Shown piece after piece: positions 54,595 to 64,000 of a DNA stretch of 64,000 nt. This DNA comes from Eledone cirrhosa. Taxonomy: Eukaryota. The notes beneath the pieces are model-generated. The model was not told the origin of the DNA, did not search any database, and was given only the letters and a program-made list of their open reading frames with translations. The first letter of the stretch is position 1. Each line of letters begins with the position of its first letter. The position numbers and the translations under genes are program-made. The DNA lies in assembly GCA_964016885.1 (NCBI GenBank), contig OZ024740.1:156488001-156552000 (forward strand), in the 5' to 3' direction.

Positions 54595-55267
54595 TTTTCT
54601 TATATATATTTTTATGTGTATTTGGTGTATACGTTCGTATGTGTGCGGGTACAGGCGTTGCGTGGGTTCTGTATGTGGGTGCGTGGTTTTTTTCGTGTAC
54701 GTGCTTGTATTTGCATACCCATGGCGAGTGTTTTCGCGTATGCTTGTGTATGTACGTATTTGGATGCGTGTATGTATATATTTAATTTCATTTACCTCTG
54801 TATTTAATTTACTTTACTCTTAACTCTGAAGCTGAGAATCATTCGGTTTCCTAAATAGAATTTTCGTCTACGACTTCAGTTATACCATTTACGTGGTTTT
54901 GTCTTTGCATGCAATTGTTCTCCCCGATACACATAATGACGTATTATCTTCGTTTTTTTTCGTTCATTGTCAGAGAACGTCTCCATGAACCACCTCATAG
55001 AATATTAGTCTACGGCTTCATTTATACCATAAACGTGGTTTTATCTTTACGTGTAATTGTTTTAACCGCACCAAATAATAACGTATACCAAAGTATCGTC
55101 TTCCTGTCTTCCTTCGGTTGCAACGGTTTTTGAAATATTTACTTCTGCGTTCACAGATTGTCTTTTTTAGTTTAAGAAGATCCCGTTATGAGTGAAAGCA
55201 GCGATTAAACTTTAATCTATTATTTTAAACTTTGCTTAAACTTTAATCTGTTATTTTAATAAATAAA

Positions 55268-55320
<53 letters not shown>

Positions 55321-55322
<2 letters not shown>

Positions 55323-55435
55323 GAAAATTTATGACGCCGACGGCAGAGCTCAAGCCGTATCGACGGCTATTTCTGGAGTCCAGAAATAGCTGTCGAAACG
55401 GCTTGAGCTCTGCCGTCGGGGTCATACATTTTCCT
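55321..55435. repeat. 57-bp-arm hairpin containing the 3' half of a hammerhead
   Basis: Arms 55321-55377 and 55379-55435; GAAA-cggc..gccg-TC-ggggtc; downstream 55436-55517 matches 51095-51175. Confidence 0.85.
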
Positions 55436-55736
55436 ATTACCCACTCTACTACCCTAAGTATTGAGTACTCTGGTACGTTATGGTCTATCTGGTTCCTTAC
55501 CACAACTCCTTCGTTATATATATATATATATAGCACTGTATATATATATACAATAAGAATAAAGGAACAAAGAGTCAGTGTTGCATCATAACATATTTAA
55601 TAACATATTACATATGTTTGACTATCGATCAGCTCGAGGAACGATCTATTATTGATCGAACCTGACTCTGATTTTGTGCGAATGTCTCCAGTAGGTTGTT
55701 GTATTCAACACATTCTTTCACCTATACACCTATATA

Positions 55737-55768
<32 letters not shown>

Positions 55769-55887
55769 TCATTTTATTAAGGCTAAATAGTGATTCTCGA
55801 TGCTCTGGACTTTCCCTTGTTTATCACAGAGTCATAAGAAAAGAACTCTACATCGGTATTGAGTATTCTCAGCCGTCAATCACATAA

Positions 55888-55953
<66 letters not shown>

Positions 55954-55959
55954 TATATG

Positions 55960-56219
55960 TATATATATATTTCTGTTTGCCTTTTGCTTATTTTTATATA
56001 TATAGTAATAATAATAAATGTGAAGACTAAAATCCAAAGAGGGCTCGATAAGGTAAATATATATGAAATATATAAGAACCCTAGAACATATATTTATTAA
56101 AATAACAGATTAAAGTTTAAGCAAAGAATCGGTGCTTTCACTCTTAACGGGAGTTTCAGAAAATCCCGTTAAGGATGAAAGCAGCGATTCTTTGCTTAAA
56201 CTTTAATCTATTTTAATAA

Positions 56220-56222
<3 letters not shown>
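55960..56222. mobile_element. Fold-back stub of the Naiad-like pLTR between (TA)n tracts
   Basis: 56000-56152 is an inverted copy of ~51819-51970; 56152-56220 is a direct copy with core CAGAAAA. Confidence 0.75.
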
Positions 56223-56292
<70 letters not shown>

Positions 56293-57800
56293 TATATATA
56301 AATATGCAAAAGGCAAACAGAAATATCAAAGCAAACGACACAGTACAATGAGGAAATATATTATTAATTTTACGCTTGCGGACAATAAAAAAATAGAATG
56401 AGAAATCAAAAAGAAATAGAAAGATAGAAGAGAAAAGTCGTGAGGCATATAGTAAAAATTGTTTTAGAACAATCATTAAAATGCTACTTAGAAATAACGG
56501 GGTGAAGATAGGAATAAGTTAAGACGCATCAAACCAACACGTTTTCAAAAGGAAAAATATATGCAGTGTAATTGAGGAGGCAAAGAGAGCCATTTTGCCT
56601 TTTTGAGCCTGGAGCATTGGGGACATGTTCTGACTAGTACAGCTACAATAGCCAATCTGCTTCACGAATTTCATGTCTGCTATATAAACGAAGGTTTGTA
56701 TATACGAATTAATTTACCCTCCCCGAAAACCCAATGAAAGAGTATTTTATACAAATCAGAAACCAAAACACGCAGCCAATATTCTTTAAAATTTAATCCT
56801 GTTTTGTAAAAGTATATTTTCATTATCTTCAGATGCATCTGTTTACATTAGGGATTCTCATCAAAATAAAACCCCTCACTATAATGGCGTTATACATTTG
56901 ATACAGTACACAGTCTGTCAAACGTAAAACGTATGCCAACAAATATTTTGTTGCATCAGGTATTTTTTAGTATATACATTTGAACAGACATTCCACAGAA
57001 TTTCATAATCACAGTTTTTTTCATAGCATAAAATAGAAATTGCATTAAGATAATCTTGCTCTGAAACCTTTGCAAGCTTACTGATCCATTTTAATTAGAA
57101 ACCTTCCAACACATCAATACAAAGCCTTTACAACAGACTTTTCTTTCAATACTTGAATTGATTCAAATAATAATTCTTTTATATATTGTGTAAACTTGCA
57201 ACCAAACGATAAGCGTATCCCAAAGACTTCTATTGATTTGAGCTATAATTCTCTGCTTTATCAGCATGTTCAAACATTCAAGAGCCCGGATAAAATCATT
57301 CAAGCAATCTCAAGCATATTTGAGTGTTATTCAATGGTGCTTCAAATATATATTTCTATCGTGAATACAGTTTTCGTTCCAATTTCTATACACTTAAGTG
57401 AAAAAATCTTTCATTTTACTTCGAGTAAAATGACATTAACGACGTTATCTAAAACGTTCCACAATCTTACTCTCTGCTTCAATTAACACTAGATATTTTA
57501 TACATGCAATCGTAAAATATTTCATTTTTATTTTCATTAATTAATTTTTAATTTCTCACAAATATACAAACGTTTTCACACGCTTTCACATATTTTTGTA
57601 TTCATATGTTTATGCATATATTTTTGGCATAATCATAGCTACTCTCGTCCCACTGGCAAAATCATTCCTTATTTTTCAAATAACCGTTCAATTAACAGCC
57701 AGTTTATCCAATCAGCATTATCATGTTATTTAGACATCTCCACCATATATTTTGAATTTACAATTATTGTATAACATTTCATCTTATATAACAGTCCGTC

Positions 57801-57839
<39 letters not shown>

Positions 57840-57964
57840 GAAGAGAGAAGAAACATTTAGATATAATTAGTAATAAAATGTATCATACCTAAACTGCTCC
57901 TAGATTCCTCGACTACGTAGTTTCGTGGCATAAACAAAAACAATACATCATAAAGATATAGAGT

Positions 57965-58044
<80 letters not shown>

Positions 58045-58249
58045 CTCACTTGAGACGTGTGCCAGTTCGCTGGTAAGTATTTGTTGATTTTCTAAGTAAG
58101 AAATAAAAAATTTATTGTTAAATTTGATACTATTTTATAGCTTGACCCCGCGTCTGGACTTTCAGACGGTGAGTCAAGTCATCTTCACCCCTGCCTGGGG
58201 TGAAATTTTCGTTTGAAAAAGTTTCGTCGGTGAAAAAAATTGTAAACAA

Positions 58250-60110
58250 ATGTTGCATTCAGTCATGGGCGCTGCGTCCAGTACTAGAAGTGGTGGAGAG
58301 GCGGTAAGAGTGTTAAGCTCGCAGTCATCTCCTCTCACCACCTCATTGAAAGACGTCGAAAATGTCGTCAGTTTTGAAAACACGATGTCGGACGTTGATT
58401 GTAACATCAACACTAACACAAACACCAATAACATGCAAAATATAAACAACAACAACAACAACAATAATGACAACAAGAACAAAAAGAACAACAGCAACAA
58501 TGATAACAACACCACCACCAACAACAACAGCAACACGAACAACTCCACGAACAAGGAAAAGATTTCCTTTGCTCAAACCGTCCAAAAGACGGAACTGTTT
58601 GCATACGTTGACATTTCCAATGTTAGAGAAATGTTAAGTGATGCAAAACAGTATGTAACTTTTGGTGAGAGTGGTGCTTTTAGCGTCACTTCTCCTCAAC
58701 AGTTACATAGAGAAACTGTTCTAAAAACAGTAATTTTTAGGACAGTTCCAAATGTGTCGAAAAAACCAGTTCAATTATTCCAAAACGGCATTGAACTGGT
58801 TCTGAAGAATTCCATGAAGGTAAACTTTTTGGAAGCATTTTGGTGTTGTTGAAAGACCAATTGACGGCACAAAAATATTCTGTGTCGCCGATTGTGTCCC
58901 CCCTTTACACCTTTTTCCCCACATATATGGGAAAAAGGACACAGAAGATAAAAATTTCGAACATTGCACCAAATGTAAACGTTTGGTGGACTTTAACTGG
59001 CTTCATCGATTTCGATGAAGACACCATCATTTTGGTGGGAAAGTCCTCCAGAGGCATATTCAATGGTACAAGCCTGGAAGTTCTGGTCCAAATGAGGCCA
59101 GAACGGATAGCTAAATACCCCAACGTGTGCCTCTGGATGGGATTTCACACATGTTGAGGGTAGGCGGCCTTCATGTTACCACTGTTTAAGAAGTGGTCAC
59201 TTGAGGGCTTACTGTCCTTAGCTAACTACAAAAAAAGAGGCACTACTGCCAACACCCAAAACAACAATACATCCCCCCCCCTCCACCACCACCACAACAA
59301 CAACAACAACAACACGCAAACATAACCAAATCAAGAACAACAAACCAACCTGCAGGCACAGTCCAACCCAACCACACTCCACCTAAAATCACTGCAAAAA
59401 CACGCACAATCACAACAGCTCCCCAAAACATACCCCTTCCAAATAACACAGACACCACAACGGACGAGGCTCCCTCATCATCATCAAGTGACGATGAGGG
59501 AGAGCCTCTCCGTTCGAACAGAAAGAAGAAAAGACACCACAAGAACAAAAAAGCAACAAACATCACTACAAACATACAACCACCAACACAAACAACACAA
59601 ACATTACAAACAAAAAAACCCCGTCCCGAAAACAAAACCACGACATCACTCCAAACACAAACACCTACAACAAAACGAAAGCTCACAGAAGAACAACAGA
59701 CAAAAACCACCACAACACAACAAGAACATTACACATACATAAACAGTAAAAACAAAGCTTTAATGGAGGTTATCTCTAACGACCCTTCGGTTTTCACCGA
59801 AGGGAAAACTTTTTCGAACTGTGTAGACAAACCTAATTTAAAGATAATTAGGGTCCCTACGGACACCTATAATTCTTTAAAGGAAAACTTTCCTAAGGAC
59901 GTGGGTAATCCTTGTGTTAAACCCATTAACCGCGTCCTTTTAAAAAGTTTCCCCACCCTCACCCCAGGCACACCCACCCCATCAGACACCCCCTCCCACC
60001 AAACATATCCGTCCCCACCCAGCCGGAAACCACCACCCACCCACCCAGACAACCCCTCTAACACCCCCAAGGAAATCGTGCAGCCTGGTCCCCAGGAGAC
60101 CAAGAGGTGA
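58250..60110 (+). pseudogene. Tx1-type ORF1 (frameshifted) with CCHC zinc knuckle and low-complexity regions
   Basis: SFAQTV motif; CYHCLRSGHLRAYC at 59174-59215. Confidence 0.75.
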
Positions 60111-60150
60111 GTGTTTTCTTTTCCTCTTCTTTTAACTTTTCAGCACCAAC

Positions 60151-63100
60151 ATGGCCAATATAAGAGTTGGATGTGTGAATGTACGCGGCCTGGGGTTGCC
60201 CTGGAAACAGGGCAAACTCTTAAACGACCTCAGGTCGCACAGTATGGATGTAGTAGCCATTTCCGAGTCCAGGACCCACAGCAAGCGACAGCTGGCCCCC
60301 ATCTTCGACGACTTTGAGATCTACGCATCTCTCTGTCAGTCGGGAGGTGGGGCGGGATTGACATTTCGCTGCGAGAACACCTGGGCCTCGTAACACAGAC
60401 GGTACATCTGGACCCGGAGGGTTGACTGGTGGTCCTAGACGTTGACGGTAGTGAAAGTGGAGCCTTTAGGCTGGTGGCCGCATATGACCCATCCGGGACA
60501 CCGCGGCCAGACGTCTTCAAACGTCTAGAGACTTTTCTGGGAACGTCCCGTTCCTTGCTTTTAATGGGGGACGGGAATGGAATCCTAGATGCACGTTGGG
60601 ACTATGTGGGAGCATTTCCCGATAAAGGGGGGTGTAACAGCATCAAACAGTTAATCGGCCGATTTGACCTGGCCGATAGATATCGACTAGATTTTCCGAC
60701 TGTGCCACTGTGGACATGGACTAATATTAGCGGAACATCTAGATCGTACCTAGATAGGGTTCTAGTTAGAAATAAGGATAGGGACATGTTAAGCTGTCCA
60801 CAAATGTTCAAGGTTGCCTATTCAGATCACAAACTAGTGACCTGCATGGTCAACCTTGATAGAACCCATAGACAAGGACCCGGCTACCGGAAGCTGAACT
60901 TGACGTTACCGACATGCAAAGACTACAGTAGACGGATTAGAACTTTAGTAAAAACAGCACTTGACAGGGGCAATTGTCAACAACAGATGGTGCTGCTCTC
61001 TCAAGAGGGCAGTTAGATTAGACTCGTTAGTTTTTAGTAAAGAATTAGTGTTAGATAGAAATAGGACCGAGAAGGAACTGGTAGATAAAGTAGAGGAGGC
61101 AATTAGAAGTGGGAACGTAGCCAGCGCGCTAGCAACGAGAACGGCCTTGGACCAGTTCTTCGACGCAAAGCACGAGGGCTGCGTTGTCAGAAGCAAAATA
61201 CGTGCTCTGTGAAACGAGGGAGCCAAAGCTGTTAGCTGGGCCCGAGTGACGGAGGAAAAAAAGTGGCAACAAGTCCACGATTCGGTCTTTGAAGGACCAA
61301 GACGGACGCGTGATACGTGAGCCGAAGCAGTGTGTGCGGCCTTTTAGCGGCAGTTTGCTCAACTGTTCGGGCAGGGCGGCGCACCGGGAGGGGCTATGGA
61401 ATTCGGTCCATACCTCGACGGCCTACCGCGACTCTCGGAAAGCGAGGTCAATTTCTGCGAAAAGCCGATGTCAGCCGCTGAGATAGGGGACGCGCTGAGC
61501 CAAGAGGCAAGCGCAAATCTCCAGATCTCGACGTTCTACCCTACGAATTTTACGTAGCAATGCCGGACTTATTATCCGCTCTCCTGGAAGCGGCCTACTG
61601 CAACTGGCAGCAGAACTGGAGAATTCCCAGTTCAGTGACCGGGGGCGTAGTCACGTTAGTCAGGAAGGACGAGAATAAGGGGGATGACATAGGTAACTTC
61701 CGGCACATAACTCTGCTAAACACAGAGTTACAGATTTTGGCTAAGGTGTTAGCAAAGAGGCTGGCGCTTGTCGTCGAGAATCTGGTAGGAGAAGCACAGA
61801 CATGCGCAATACCGACCAGGTCCATACACGACAACTGCCACCTCATGCGATATACCATAGAGAGGGTAGGGTGTAAACCCGGCTTCGGTGGGGCCCTGAT
61901 CAACTTGGATCAGTCTAAGGCTTTCGATAGGGTTGATCATCGTTACCTGGATGCGGTGCTCGAGGTGGCAGGCTTCGGACCCATGTTCAGGGGTTGAATT
62001 GCTGCAATGCACAACAGCAACATCTGCTCAAGGGTCAAGGTGAACGGCTACCTCTCGGAGCCGTTCCATATCACGTGATCCATTCGACCGGGATGCCCTT
62101 CCTTCTGTACGTACTGACTCTCGAGCCACTACTGCGGAAGTTGGAGCTATTGCAGGGCCTCCCTCTGGAACCGGGACTGCGGAAAGCGGCGTCGGCCTAC
62201 GCCGATGACGTAACAGTGATGGTGTCGAGCACCTCGCAAATCGAGGAAGTCGGCACCTTACTGAAGGAATACGAAAGGTTCACAGGAGCGAAGCCGAACC
62301 GGGACAAGCCCGTCGGTTTGCAACTCGGATTGTGGAGAGGCAGACCGATGTCTTCCGATGGCGTCGTCGGACGCTGGACGTACGGACCGGTAAAGCTGCT
62401 CGAGGTCTGGTTTGGTCCGGACCTCCAGGTGGAGAAGAACTGGAACGAGGTGACGGCCAAGGTGTTTGCACTCACCCAGAAGTGGGCCGAGCGCAAACTA
62501 TCATTGAAAGGTCGAGCGGAGGTGGCGAACACTTTTATAGCGTCCGCCATCTACTACCGCTTGACCGCTGTGCCTTGTCCAGCCAAAACGCTCACCAAAA
62601 TGGAGCGCCCGCTCTTCCAATTCCTTTGAAAGAGGCGGGCTCCTTTGGTGAGAATATCCATCTGGTGCCAACACCCTTCCAACGGAGGCCTGGGGATACC
62701 GTGGCTGACGAATGCAAAAAGACGCGCTCAGGCTGCGGCATCTCTACGTATTCCTCACCGGACAACCGGTGTGGGCCCCGTCTCGATGACCGAGCTGTCC
62801 TGAGTCAAAGACCGAGAAAAATGGACGACTGGCACATCGAATGTGCTCAGGCGCTCACAGCCCTCTGGCAGGCGGACCCGGCGATCAGTGGAGAGTCCAC
62901 TTCGTCATTCTATAGAGGGTTGATCCGCAGCAAGTGCGACGACGCGCTCGGTAAAACTCTAGGCGTAGTGGAAGACGAACTGGCCAGTCTGTTCGGTAGG
63001 ACCTTCCGCCCGGGACCGATGGACAACTTCCAAAAGTCCCTGGCCTGGCAGTGCTACCGAGGAGCTCTACCAGTTCGAGACAAGCTCTACAGACATGGGC

Positions 63101-63546
63101 GCCCGGGAAGGGACCCTTCGAAAAATATCTGTCCGTGGTGCGTGTGAGACGAAGAAACCGTCGCGCACGCATTCATACACTGCCCGGGCTTTACCGACCT
63201 GTGGGACTATGTAGAATGACTATTGTCGCGGATGGGACCAATCAGGTTGACCACCGAGTCCATTGTCATGATCAAACCGCCACCCTCCTTCAAAAACGAA
63301 GGAGAGACGGTTTTCCTTTGTGTGATAGCTATGGCGAAAGAGGTTGTATGGTGGACAAGTTTGAAAGAGCTGAGGTCACACACCTTTCTCTCCGGCCAAC
63401 AACTGATTCTTTTTTTCAAATACCACTTTGGAAGAAGAATCAGGATGGAGAGAGAGGTAGTGTTACCCAGCAAGTTTTATGAAAGGTGGGTGAAAGTGGC
63501 GACAATGGCCCGAGTGGATGGGCCTTCTCTCTATATCAGCCTGTAG
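60151..63546 (+). pseudogene. Tx1-type ORF2 (APE + RT + zinc finger) with multiple stops and frameshifts
   Basis: VGCVNVRGL, SYLDRVL, YSDHKLV, NFRHITLLN, LDQSKAFDRVDH, AYADDV, CPWC..EETVAHAF..C. Confidence 0.92.
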
Positions 63547-63791
63547 GTTGAGGAAAAAGAGGAGGAGAGGAAAGGGGTACAAACTCTTCGTACTCCTGGA
63601 GATGAGGGTTGCACATTTTTTCGGGGGTATGTGTTACCCATATGTAATGTCTCCCCCTATTGGGGAAAATCGACTAATTTTTAAATTGAATTTGTGATAA
63701 TATTTTACACGTTTTTATTGTATGTAAAGTTCCCCCTTTGTATTTGTCCCCTTCTTTTGTGCCCCTGTGGCTATAAAGAAACATATCTATA

Positions 63792-63824
<33 letters not shown>

Positions 63825-64000
63825 GCACACACACATATATGTATATATTGGAATTTCGTATTTCTAAAGAAATACGATATGTTTATAGATAAACATATAG
63901 AAAGCCGTAGCTATGCAAAGCACTGGGGCTATCGCCATCTGGTGGTGTCCAGCAGAAGCAAGGGGGACAATCGTCGATCATTTCGAACCAAACTGGTTAC

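Larger units (their letters stand above)
50525..55270 (+). mobile_element. Naiad-like Penelope element with two direct pLTRs and a short inverted 5' tail
   Basis: pLTRs ~50606-51890 and ~54111-55265; 50525-50603 is an inverted copy of ~51893-51970; ORF lies between the pLTRs. Confidence 0.88.
58040..63790 (+). mobile_element. Full-length decayed Tx1/L1-clade LINE inserted in (TA)n
   Basis: Two-ORF layout, short UTRs, and TA tracts at 57968-58041 and ~63790-63822. Confidence 0.9.

Noticed and set aside
63933-63945. CTCF-like motif CCACCAGATGGCG on the minus strand
   Set aside because: Single motif match at the window edge, probably inside a repeat, with no supporting context.

Overview
AT-rich, microsatellite-dense eukaryotic (animal) DNA with no recognisable host protein-coding gene. 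The repeat repertoire suggests a mollusc, possibly an octopod cephalopod; this is inference. Almost all interpretable sequence is transposable elements. DNA transposons: a decayed hAT element with TIRs and TSD, and a Helitron-like non-autonomous element. LINEs: RTE-type (one twin-primed inversion, two bipartite non-autonomous copies), several R4/Dong-type RLE elements, and a full-length decayed Tx1/L1-type element plus fragments. SINEs: about 15 copies of one tRNA-head SINE plus one CORE-like SINE. Penelope-like elements (PLEs): three large ones, one forming a 1.6-kb inverted repeat. The most notable unannotated layer is RNA structure. There are at least 8 minimal type I hammerhead ribozyme motifs with intact catalytic cores and about 8 variant or degenerate ones, mostly in short PLE-end stubs and fold-backs within (TA)n tracts. 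These include a recurring CAGA-core variant and a hammerhead-like motif with non-canonical strand order in a 3-copy repeat. Different element families appear to occupy different microsatellites (TA, CATA, TAA). Element boundaries were read by eye and are approximate unless a TSD or TIR is quoted.
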